NCBI RefSeq assembly: GCF_021869535.1
Contig: NW_026262582.1
Coordinates: 45,570,001 to 45,634,000, forward strand
Direction: 5' to 3'
Length of the DNA: 64,000 nucleotides
From: Mytilus californianus
Lineage: Eukaryota
In this document: one piece after another, positions 13,046-24,689 of the stretch
Layout of the letters: each line of letters begins with the position of its first letter
Position numbering within the stretch: position 1 is the stretch's first letter
Notes under the pieces: model-generated
Told to the model about the DNA's origin: nothing
The model's database searches: none
Seen by the model: only the letters and a program-made list of their open reading frames with translations
Made by a program: the position numbers and the translations under genes

Positions 13046-14131
13046 CTGAAAAAAAGTTGACAAATTTTATATTATTGATTAAATATGTAAAAGAAAAGAT
13101 ACTTAGACCTGACTAAAACATAAATTAAAACAACTTTTTCTTATTTCATTAGAAATACAGAACAAACGGTACACGTATTCATATTGTATGCCTTTTTCTT
13201 ATTCTCATACGTTACAAAATTGTTGACTACAAAATGGTTGAACAATATGACTAGCGTTGTAAGACCTAAATTGCAATATTTGGAAAAAGAATATCAAAAG
13301 TGCAAAATGAACAAATCATAACACAAAGACAAAAAGTAAAAACCATTGTACAGAAAACCTCAGATTGACCACCAACAAGCTTACAAACAAAGGGGCGCCC
13401 CGGAATGGTTGCCAATTGTCTGCGATAATGATTCGTTCCATAACAGATTGGTTGTCTTATTTTGTCAAAGCTTAGGGTGCTGCCAATCCATAAAGTATCG
13501 AGAATTGTAAGTTAAATCTACTTCCATGACAATATGATCGTATAAATAAGTAGTAAGCCTTCAGTTATCTATGTTTACTTAGGCCCATGTTTCCATCGAC
13601 ACCAATACCTTGGACATCTATCTATTTATTATTATGGCACTATAAGAAAATGTACCGAGGACTTCACCAATATATTACAAGTCAGATTCGGACAACATTG
13701 ACCATTGTCCGTTCAGAATCTAAAGGACAATGGTTGATTAAATTGGTCGTACTGCAAAATACAAATAACGTCACGTCATTAATTGAATTTCCATTGTTCA
13801 GGACGTATTGAACCAATCCCGACTTTTTCATGGTTTTGGTGTACACTTTTGAGAATAATACCCAGAATGCATTAGATTCTGAAACGGCAAGTTATTTATA
13901 GATTACCAATTGACATCGTAGTTTATGGCACATCATTATTTTGATTTTCAAAGACCGTGTTTAATAGAAACATGAACCCTTAACAAATTTTGATGTACTA
14001 AGATATGCAGTAAAGTAAAGGGCCTCATTTCAATCTTTTATACTTATTAGCCAACCATTTCGTTGATAAGTCGAAAAGTCATCAATCAACTACTTCAGCA
14101 TAACCTCAAAAATTAAGATACAATTACTTAC

Positions 14132-14187
14132 TTGTGATATTGCTACTACTTGACAAGATGATCTAGCAGGGAAATCCTTTGGAAAGT
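14132..14187 (-). CDS. RIDA: RidA copy A, 56-bp exon (YFPKDFPARSSCQVVAISQ)
   Basis: ttttcag|...|gtaagt; FPAR motif with the catalytic Arg (R105 equivalent). Confidence 0.92.
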
Positions 14188-15026
14188 CTGAAAATTATAC
14201 AATATTAAATAATACATACATAAGTAATTATCTTTAAATAAGTCACTACGACAACTCAAATCGTGACATACAACAGATCAACATACAAAAAAGAGGACAG
14301 TTTGTAATAAAATAGTTAAATAAAGATCCAAATGTGTTCAGTATTAAAATTAAAGTTTAAATTTCATCACTACGGGTAACATTACAATACTTGAGGTGGC
14401 AAGTATTGTATTTTCCGGGAACTAGGTTGCTCTTTTGTGTACTGAGGTCAATGTATCTGAACACTGTGATTTGACAAAAAAAATAGCATCTACTGAACAT
14501 TTTTCCCAAGCTGAGGAATAGATCATTTGTAGAAAAATATGAAATATTTTCACATACAGGTGAAAATGAGTTTTGAGAAATTTTTTTATTTTGTATTCAC
14601 TGCATGATAAAAAAAAACAACCACTTAGCACTATTGGCCTTTGGTTTGTAAAGAGAGCAGAAAAATAAACGATCATCATATATGTTCGAATTTATTTCTG
14701 AATATTATAGTGAAAGTACTTCTGTTGACTGTGTATGCAGGTTCTGGGTCAGTGTTACAAAGTGGTGAAAATACGAAAAAGGCTATCATTATCTCTATTA
14801 CTACGAAATTGAAAAGATTATAGTCGTATGGATTGAGTCCCGCGGATTGTTTCCTTTTGGTTGAAATATTTAAAATGTATAAATGAGTAATCCTTCTAAT
14901 CCAATCGTTATATTCCGCTAACTTCAATCACTCTATTACCGAGAAATGATAACGGATACAGGGTGCTGAATTGTTTGATTTAATTAATGAGTTACCTCTT
15001 ATTCATATTATAAACTTTACACTCAC

Positions 15027-15095
15027 ATTTCATATAGACTGCATTAAAGGCAGAATACTCTCTTAAATCTGTCAGAAAAACTGTTACTTTGACAA
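15027..15095 (-). CDS. RIDA: RidA copy A, 69-bp exon (VVKVTVFLTDLREYSAFNAVYMK)
   Basis: tgtttcag|...|gtgagt; VVK.TVFL.D...F..VY motif; phases are consistent with the neighbouring exons. Confidence 0.92.
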
Positions 15096-16506
15096 CTGAA
15101 ACATGGATAATACGGTTCTAATTTGTGTATATAATTGTTGTTTGTAACTTTCTTTCAATAGCAAAAGTATATTATCACATGTGTAATAATATGACATTCA
15201 TAAAATAGATATAGGAAGATGTGGTATGAGTGCCAATGAGACAACTCTCCATCCAAGTGACAATTTATAAAAGTAAACCATTATAGGTCAAGGTACGGCC
15301 TTCAACACGGAGCATTGGCTCACACCGAACAGCAAGCTATAAAGGGCCCCGAACAATTACTAGTGTAAAACCATTCAAACGGAAAAACCAACGGTCTTAT
15401 CTATAAAAAAAAACGAGAAACGGGAAACACGTATGAACTACATAAACAGACGACAACTACTGTAATCAGATTCCTGACTTAGGACAGGTGCAAACATTTG
15501 CAGCGGGATTAAAAGTTTTAATGGTACCAAACCTTCTCCCTTTTCTGAAACAATTTTATAACATCACAACATAGAAAAACACACTATAAAATATAATAGA
15601 ATAGAAATAACCCTCACATACATTAGAATACTTATATGTACATACAGAATATTTCACTATCGATAATAATATGCTGGTATGTCTAAAATAAGATTAGTTT
15701 GTTTACTCATAGGAAATACATACACTAATAATGATACACTAAGTGTCATACAATATTTCATAGTCACATTGTATGAAGGTCGGAAGGAGTGTCATCCCAA
15801 TTTCCCGTAAAAATCAACGCTGAATACCAAATTCCGGAAGATTTAATCATACATTCCCTAGTCTCGATACGTGTAAATCTCAAATTTCCGCAAAAGAATA
15901 AAAGCCCAATCCATACGTCCCCGAAAAGATCCTCCCGCCTCTCTTTGGTGACTTCAAATATTTCATGTTCACATTTCTATCATAGAAGAACTTACTGAGA
16001 CAACGGAACACATGAATATAATAATTTTTCAATCTTAATATTTAAATATAAGTTATATTTGATGATAATACATTATAACATATATAAAGATTGAGACTGA
16101 ACACGAATGCGGCCACTTACATTTGAAACAAAAACCATCTCAAAAGTGATGTTTTATGGCATATTTGATAGATTTTACATATTTTAGCTTGTATTTGAGC
16201 GTCTTTAAAGCCAAATCATTTCAAATCTTTTACACAAACATATTGAATCGACTGAAGAAGACACTTAAAAGTTAAAAAAATGTCAAAAATCGGTCATCGG
16301 ATGTAGTTCGAATCTTAGACCAAAACTAGCCCTTACCGGACCTTCTCCTTTGATTTGTTCTCATCCTTAATATCTAGTAATATTTGCCATTTGGTGTTGA
16401 GCAAGCAATAATAAACAATTCATCAATCTATCAAAATAATTGATGAATGTTACATGTGTTACGTATGCCAGAAACGGAGAATAATCTATTTTCAGTATAT
16501 TTTCAT

Positions 16507-16538
16507 TATTCTTATTCTTATTCTTATTCTTTTTTATA

Positions 16539-16576
<38 letters not shown>

Positions 16577-16592
16577 GATTATTATTATTAAT
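16507..16592. repeat. (ATT)n / (ATTCTT)n microsatellite in a RidA intron
   Basis: Direct reading. The equivalent position in unit B is the N gap at 37503-37701. Confidence 0.95.
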
Positions 16593-16612
16593 ATTACAAT
16601 GAATGAACTCAC

Positions 16613-16667
16613 CATCCTTTAAACTACCACCAGCAGCCTCTAATACAGCACGAAAATTCTTGAATAT
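16613..16667 (-). CDS. RIDA: RidA copy A, 55-bp exon (IFKNFRAVLEAAGGSLKD)
   Basis: ttctacag|...|gtgagt; N...(V/I)L.AAG.S..D motif. Confidence 0.92.
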
Positions 16668-17084
16668 CTGTAGAATGAAACTTTTGTAACTAATTACGCC
16701 GCATTTAGAAACGCTATGAAAATTTCAGTAGATGATAAGAGAAGAAAAAAATTGTATTGTGTTTTGGCTACTTCCTCTTAGCATTAGATTGACATATTTT
16801 CTATTGTCTGTATGTGTATTAGTAAGTGACAACTAAACGACTGATGTTTTGATCAGGTATCCAAGGGTTATACCATGTATACAGGGGTAATGCTCCAATA
16901 CTTCGTCTGAAATTTAACCCCATAACTCTGTTTACCTTTGCAAATAGGTTTTCTTTACTCTGTTTTCCGTTCTTGATTACACTAGCAGAATTCAAAGATT
17001 GATTCATAGTTGAAAGTCTTAAAGATAATGGTTTTACTACAAGAATCACTCAAACGTAACATTTCCAGTGATCCATGCATTACA

Positions 17085-17430
17085 ATGAGGACAAGATCAG
17101 ATAAATCCTGCAAGACGGACATGTACACCTAAAGATCACTCCATACACAAAATATTGTTGACCTATTGCTTATGGTACAAAATGTATATAAGAAACAGAT
17201 GTAATCAAGAAAAATTTACATTGCCAATAAAGAATGAAAAGGAGATTAAGGTCAGAAGATACAAGCCAGAGAGACACGTATAGCTTACAATCATGCCATG
17301 CACCAACTATAGTTTACCTATTGCTTAAAGTATCTCAGAAACTATTGATTACAGTGACTTAACCAGGAAAACGTAAAATTGACCAATGTACCTTGAAAAT
17401 AGGGTCAAGGTTAGATGAACCCTTCCAGAC
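17085..17430. mobile_element. Tandem-core repeat of the Helitron/Helentron-derived non-autonomous (HINE-like) type, in a RidA intron
   Basis: Two diverged ~160-bp units (…acaaaatattgttgacctattgctt… / …accaactatagtttacctattgctt…). Paralog at ~38100-38400. The family assignment is from memory. Confidence 0.4.
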
Positions 17431-17477
17431 AAAGTAGTTGTTGTATGGAATACATTTTCATAACGATTTGTGCTCAC

Positions 17478-17583
17478 CTGTTCAGTTTCAGGAATAAGAC
17501 CACCAGGAACCAGTTGAAGTGTGACAGGGTCTACTCCTAATTGTCCAGACATGTATAGAGTATTTCCCGCCAAAACAGCTTGA
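17478..17583 (-). CDS. RIDA: RidA copy A, 106-bp exon (SQAVLAGNTLYMSGQLGVDPVTLQLVPGGLIPETEQ)
   Basis: tttgaag|...|gtgagc; SQAV...LY.SGQ.G.DP....LV.GG signature. Confidence 0.95.
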
Positions 17584-17689
17584 CTTCAAAAATTAAAACA
17601 TAAGAATAAGTCATTAGAAGAAAACAACAAAAGTACATATGTGTTTCAGAGTCGTCCACATGTCCAGCATTCTGCGACTAATAATATAT

Positions 17690-17837
17690 ATGCGTAGCTA
17701 AAGTCTTCTGAAATAGAAATAAAAAAGAAATATATTTAACTCTGACTGTGTAATAACATTTGGAATTATACCACAAGGAAATAGTTGAACGAGGAATAGA
17801 TCCTGTCACACTTCAACTGGTTTCTGGTGGTATAATT
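17690..17837 (+). pseudogene. Inverted partial copy of the RidA 106-bp exon and its upstream intron
   Basis: 17793-17837 on the plus strand encodes GIDPVTLQLVSGGII, antisense to the real exon at 17490-17540. 17690-17715 matches the intron upstream of copy C at 59490-59516. Confidence 0.85.
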
Positions 17838-19466
17838 TTAAATGTAATGACACGGTCAGATTCAAATATATTTCGGTTTTCTTTTGGTTTTTTTGTTGTA
17901 CTTTTTTTTATTTCAGAAACCTTTATCTTAGCATATATATTATCTTCGGTGTTTTTGAAGGGACTTACATTTGATATATGGGCGGAGGGAGGAGGATTTT
18001 AACAATATCTACAATTAAACATTTATATTAACAGCGCTTTAGCCTATTTTATGTGTTTAAATGCTTTTTCATGCCTGTTCATATCTATCTATTTATTACA
18101 AGAATAAGAATAAGTTTTTATTAAAAGAAGGGTCAAGGCTCTCATTTGTAAAACATTTTGCAATACTCGGAGTACAAAATATGTGCTCAAAATACCAAAT
18201 CCAGTATTTTGATATTTCTGAGTCTGTGTACGATAACCGTGCTCGGATTTTTTATGACCACGAGGCCATGTTCCAGGTTGTTCTGACTTTCATTTGCGCT
18301 CATAATAAATTTTTCATTTTTGCCATACGATATAATGTTGCTTTTGTACATCGGGAAAAGTCGGGAAAAACAATCAGATTAATCTTTGATGGACATTCCT
18401 ATTGGTGTCACAGTGCATTTCAACTGTTATTTACAAATATTCTGTTACATGTGTAAGAACGGATTGTAGAATATGTTAAATATCTCCAAATTTAACATTT
18501 TAAAAGAAGGTCATATGTAAGTTAGTTGATTGTGTTTACAGAATAGAGGATTGGAGAAAATATAGAATGGAGGATACTGAGCCAAAGAAATCAAAAAGAG
18601 AGAACAATGGGCGGGATTTACAAAAAAAACAAAGGTCCAATCCAAAAGTTCCCAAAAAGTTCCTTCCGCCTCTCATAAGTGCCTTCAAATATTTTACATT
18701 CACATTTCTATTCCAAAAGAACTCTCACGTTGAAAACTGAACACATAAATGATACATATTACAACGCACTACACGAAAAACAGATATGACAGACAGAAAC
18801 CTACGACAACCACTGAATTATCGCTCCCAACTTGGAAAGGATATATAAAAAAAAATTGGGCATGGTTCAACATGTTTGTGATTGTTAAAAATATCCCCTT
18901 CATCAGATCTACTCGAAGTACAAAAATTAACTGAAATCAAGACAAAAAACACAGTGTATCGATCAGAGGTCTTGTAGTTACTGCGAGATAGTTCGTAAAC
19001 AACTTATACATATATCACGTTCTGCCAGACTAGAGTTTCAATCAGTAAACATCCGACAGATTTAGTGCAAAGACTTCAGTCTATGATGTTTACGTTCAGA
19101 CGTTCATTTAAGAACATACTAATCTAGAAAGAACACATGTTCAATTAAGAAATCAATATATGATTGATTGATAAATTTTGAATTGTGTTCAGAGGCAAAT
19201 ATGTTCATGCATATTCAGAACAAAACCACATTAACACCAATTTTGCAAGGTGATTTGAGAGTTTCGACTGCATTTTTATTTTCAAAGCTGCTCCTAGCGG
19301 CAATTGTACGACAATATTATTCTCCCAACCATCTTCCACAAACTAGTTTTCTTTATTTATCGTGACTATTTTTTCTTTTTTTTTTATTTTGACAGATTTC
19401 TTGGATTATGTTTTTAATTGTTTGTTACTTTGTGGTATAATCATTAAGTTTTGAGTAATACATTAC

Positions 19467-19558
19467 CTGAAAGGTAAAGGGATTATTGGAGCTTTGTCTG
19501 TTTCAATTATTTTTTTCGTAACTGGGTTACAGTATGGTTTGTGTCTCGAACACGGTGG
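19467..19558 (-). CDS. RIDA: RidA copy A, 92-bp exon (PPCSRHKPYCNPVTKKIIETDKAPIIPLPFS)
   Basis: Strong acceptor ttcttcgttttgtttcag and donor ag|gtaatg. The phase-2 end joins the 106-bp exon. KKIIETDKAP corresponds to the RidA N-terminal K.I.T..AP motif. There is no ATG, so an upstream exon is required. Confidence 0.85.
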
Positions 19559-20683
19559 CTGAAACAAAACGAAGAAGCGACATAGGTACACATATTAATA
19601 GATATTGCTACATTTTTTTTTTTATATGGAACACTATTACTGTATTTTTTTTATTTTGTCATTTTTATAGACTACCACATTTTGAAGTTGCCTTGGAGTT
19701 CGTTATTTTTGTCATACTTTTATATGGTAATGTTGTTTTTTTTTTTGAGGAACCACATAAAATGATATAATAAAAGTACATATTATCAAAAAGAAAAAGA
19801 AAACAACTATATTATATCGTACACAATCACATCCTTCGAGAGTAATGGGGTTCAATATTTGTGTAATTATATTTAATCAACTCGGATTTATTATTATGTT
19901 GTTGTAAGCGAATATATATGTCATTATATATTTAAAAGGAAAATGGGGATGCAAACGGATTATCAAACGGGCTTTAAAACGGTTTCTTCCTGATTGGCCA
20001 ACTTTTATCAAATTACAGGTAAAAAAGTAATGAAATTATGCGGAACAATTGGGAAGTATAAATATTGGACAATCGGCAATTTGTGTGATAGTCGTTTGTT
20101 AGTGAAGCATATATTTATAGATAATTGATCAATGTAACTTATTAGATTTGCAATAAACATGCAGAAAAATTGGTATTTACATGCTTTATTGTGTTGATTG
20201 ATATTTAGTTACACTACCTTTCAAATTAAGAAGAATAATAGCTGAACGCTTGTGTAACCCATCTCCAGCTAAGGGGTTAAATTAAAGGTCACATGAATAC
20301 AGATTCAATGAGTTTAAATTATCGACTTGCACGTCTATTATACATCAGCGATGTTTTTGAGACTTTTTTTTACAAATTTGGTCCAAACTGACGGCTTATA
20401 ACGAAATATTATTTTCAAATTCCACTTTTATTTATACTTGAAACAGAAAGGATCGCATATTTAATTTTGGTTTAAATCGTAGGTTAAGGTCCTTTTCGCT
20501 ACTTTTCAAATTATCAACAATTTAATTCAAAATCTTAGTATGTTTTAACTACACAGAAGATAAAATGGACTCCAATAAACACAAATTGTAAATTGAACAA
20601 ATAGACAATTAATTATTTTAGAAGAATCACAGATAAAATTGAAATAGCAGATGTGTTTAGAGAAATAAAAAGATATGATAATG

Positions 20684-20851
20684 CGATTTAAAGGTGGATG
20701 GTAGTATAAAGGCTGTCATCACTCCAACCTGAATGGGTTGTATCTCAATGGTTCCCACAAGTCACATTGCGATGGTGTTGAATGGTATCACTGGAAAGGT
20801 TACAATTATTCCCTCACGAAAACACAAATGATGATTCGACGTCGTCGTTAA
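20684..20851 (+). pseudogene. 5'-truncated fibrinogen-related exon with a nonsense codon
   Basis: [57 protein letters not shown] has become TAG in the GxWW motif. Confidence 0.88.
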
Positions 20852-22020
20852 CATGAAAGTATATGTCATTACTGATGATACTCGTTCTTTATAGACTTAG
20901 AAACAAATGCTGTTCATGGCACCTTGACGCATAAAATTACAGCCAGACATGTTTTCTCTCGTTCATATTATAATTTTAAAATTATAAACATTTATATCTG
21001 TCTTCATAAATTGTATTTTGCAATAAAAAAATGCATTTACTAGACCAGTATACAGTGCGTTATTTTTGCGGGGTGTTTATTTTTGCTTATTTTAACGGAT
21101 AAATGAAAATCGCAAATATAAATGCTCCAAAAAAATGTATGCATACGTTTGGTACTTTCTAATAGTTAAAGCTTTTTGTGATCGATCTATTTGATTTTCC
21201 GGTAGGCAGATCAATTATTGTATCTGTTAAATTTAAGCTAAAGTTTCAGTAAATGGGCTATGTCACAGATTTTGGTAAAAATTGCCTACCACTCTGACTC
21301 GTTCAACAATAACTTAAAATCGAAAAAATAATGCATTTATCTCTTTTATCATCTGAAATATTACTGATTAAATTCTATCAAAACATTTGAATAGAAAGCA
21401 CATAAAATCGGCAAAAAACTTTCTTAAATTTGTCTTTATTCATCAAATCTCTAATTTTTAATACATAGATTTTTCTTAAAAAACTGTATGTTGTTGATTC
21501 ATAGATTTCTGTTTAAATGATGTAAAATGATGATAGGATCACCGACTTTGTTTTTACGGTAAACATCATTCAAAGTAGTGTTCTATGTGAAAAAAAATTA
21601 CAACAAATCGTTGAAATAATTGTAACGTTATCGCGTTGCAGACCGTAACAGATTGATTATTGGACAAAAAACGAAGTCGGTAAACAGATGATTATCTTAT
21701 ATCATTAAAACGAAAATTTATGTATCAACAAAATAGTTTTGATCAGCATTGTCACAATTTTATTTTGAAAAATATTTTTTTTACAATCAACTATGAACTG
21801 CTTTTTGGATTATTTAATAAAGTAATTTTGCATATCGTGGATGTCTGTTTATACAAGTTTGGCTACTGGATCCTAATTATTGTCACGTTAACTCATTAGG
21901 TCTGACTGGCTTGCTCTTACAATTTTGTATTTGTAACGGAACTATAAACAACTGTCATTCAAGTGGGCTGTTAAGCTAGCTATTAACAATAATCAAAGAT
22001 ACCAAGTTGATAATATGGTA

Positions 22021-22062
22021 CGCCATACGCGCGTCTTGTCCACATGAAACTCATTAGTCGCA
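22021..22062 (-). ncRNA. Degenerate type I hammerhead-ribozyme-like motif
   Basis: CTAATGA-gtt(tcatgtg)gac-AAGAC-gcgc-GTA-tggcg. The hammerhead layout is present but the core is mutated. Confidence 0.35.
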
Positions 22063-22924
22063 CTCGAGTAAAAAACTGCGAAATTCTGACAAATTGTACT
22101 CAAAACGGCTAAGGCAATGTATTCATGGGGTAGAAAAAAACTCATGTTGTTTCGAATGATTAAACAATTAATTATATATAATAACGTTACAGTAAATTTA
22201 CAAAAGCCAAGTTTAACCCACTATTTTCGGAAACAGTCTGTACCAAATCAGGGGGATATGACAGTTGCTTTCCTATCGTTCTATTCGAAGGTTTTTCATG
22301 TTTAATGGACTTCCTTATTTTGGAATTAACCTTGGAGTTTGGTATTTGTGTTAATACATTTTATTCTATATAATAACGTAACTTTTGTTGTTTTTTTTTG
22401 TTGTTTTTTTGTTGTTGTTTTTTTAAGTAAGTTTTTGTTTGTGCTCTGTACCGATCGGTTGAATTAATATAAAAATAAGAAGATGTGGTATGATTTCCAA
22501 TAAGACAACTATCAAACAGATACCAAATGACAGAAAAGTTAACAACTATAGGTCACCGTATACATACGGCCTTTAACAATGAGCAAAACCCATTCCAAAT
22601 AGTCAGTCCAGTTCCATCTGATTTTTATACATTTTTGTTCTGTTTGGCTGATACACTGATGTTCCAGGTTAACTTGTAAAAATTTGCTAATACCTTACAA
22701 AAAACATGTTTTAGATTCATTCTTCACACTAAGTCTTTTAATTTATTAGTCTAGAGCACTCTGCCATATTCTAAATCAGGCATATCTTACATACTTTTAA
22801 CACCCGTTTGTCTAGTTTGACAATTGCTACTTAGGATTATTCATTACGATTAGTCTGTTTTGAATTTATTCGAACATATCCACAATTCCAATGACTTACC
22901 TGTGTTCAGGAACAATCTTAGAAT

Positions 22925-23660
22925 AAATAAAGGCAACAGTAGTATACCGCTGTTCGAAACTCATAAATCGATAGAGATAAAAACAAATCCGGGCTACAAA
23001 CTAAAACTGAGGGAAACGCATCAAATATAAGATGAGAACAACGACACAACAAAAACACTACATTAAAATGTAACACACACAGAAACGAACTATAATATAA
23101 CAATGGCCATTTTCCTGACTTGGTACAGGACATTTTAAGATAAAAATGGTGGGTTGAACCTGGTTTATTGGCATGCCAAACCTCCCGCTTTTATGGCAAC
23201 GTCAAACACAACACCAAAACGACAACATCACATGACAGGACCACAATACAAATAAATGGGAGAACATATAGGACAAAGAAACACACGAACAATAGCTAGC
23301 AGAATGTACTAGGCTTAAAATTCAATACGCCAGACGTACGTCTCGTCCACACAAGACCAACCAGTGACGCTCAGATAAAAAAAGTTTGAAAGCCAAAACA
23401 AGTACAAAGCTGAAGAGCACCAAAGACCAAAACTTCCAAAGAGTTGCGCCTAACACGGACAGGATTTTCTGCTTGGGACAAGAACATCCTTATTATTTAG
23501 AATAATTTATAATTTTGCAAACAGTAAATTTTATAAAATGACTATATAATAGATATACATGATAAAACCAAAGTGGGGACTAACTACAGAATAAAAACGG
23601 ATACATTACATAAAACAACTTAATCCAACATATAAAAATACACAGCCGAGTTGGCTAAAG
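22925..23660. mobile_element. Interspersed repeat (PLE terminal-repeat / retrozyme-like) containing a hammerhead-like fold
   Basis: Shares segments with 43260-43640 and 45000-45170, and contains the fold at 23327-23370. Confidence 0.5.
23327..23370 (-). ncRNA. Degenerate type I hammerhead-ribozyme-like motif
   Basis: gcgtca-CTGGTTG-gtc(ttgtgtg)gac-GAGAC-gtac-GTC-tggcgt. Stems I, II and III all pair and loop 3 is palindromic, but the core differs from CUGAUGA/GAAA. Confidence 0.5.
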
Positions 23661-24689
23661 CCTCAACGCACAAAATAGATGTACATGTTTCAATTACATT
23701 ATGGCATTAAATAATTTTATGTATGAAAGTACTTTATAATCGTCTTTATCTCAATGTTGTGTTTGTATATAATATATAAGTCCTCATTGAGCCTTTATTC
23801 AAGCGATATTTCCTAACATTTGCTTCAGATCACGGCGCGAAAATATTATTTTCAGTCGATATACACGCCATTTTGAAATTATTACTAAACAACCTTTAGT
23901 TATGGTTTGTTGCTTATTGGTGTGGCGAAGATTCTATCGGCTTAATTAAGTTCGAAAATTAGGAAAATGTCAGGAAGGGAGACAGAATTTACATGCGGAT
24001 TGTCTGACAGTATGGGTATTCGAGACCCATCACTTCTCCTATGTATTATGTGTGCTGTATCAATATCATATCATCATTAATTAGATATACTATATGAAAA
24101 TAGTAGCTTTGTTCACTGATGCGTGTACTCGATGCTGACCTATATCATGTATATTCAATTATTTGATATTAGTTTGTTAGAAGTTATTTGTTAAACTATC
24201 ACATTATGGAATTTAAAAAGTATGGTTCTCAAATGTCACTTAAAAAAACAGTTCAACAAAACAACCAACACACAAGTGATAACGTAGAAAAGTTTGATGG
24301 GTATGAAATACCCGATAATATGTTTTGGAGTGATAAAAGGAAAACCAGACCTTCGCCGGCAAAACTTCACTATAAAAAGTATTATTTTGTCCTTGATAGG
24401 GTATTAAATTCCAAACCAATATTTAAACGAAATATACAAATCTTTTGGGCATTTATTTGGAATAATAAAGTGAAACAAATAGAAAGGAACATGTATAGTT
24501 AAGAGACTAAAACGGAATGGATTGGCATGATTAACTTTGTAATAGTAGACAAATGCAATGTTTATACAAGATCATTCACTCGGATGAAGAAACTTGGAAT
24601 ATTATAGGTAATTTTATACAAATGCCCATAACTCTTTTTCACAACGAAGGAAAGTATATTCACTCAATGAGAAAGAAGAAATACTGAAA

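Larger units (their letters stand above)
6412..20676. repeat. Tandem segmental duplication, unit A
   Basis: Colinear homology with unit B: 6412-6780~20683-21040, 7677-8110~21050-21430, 8110-8540~24290-24630, 10590-12440~24690-26560 and 12450-20676~33836-41744. Confidence 0.92.

Noticed and set aside
16367-16615. Poly-Ile ORF
   Set aside because: It is a translation of the (ATT)n microsatellite.
18121-18320. MSANESQNNLEHGLVVIK ORF as RidA exon 1
   Set aside because: The reading frame is not conserved between units A and B (indel at ~39195) and there is no suitable donor.
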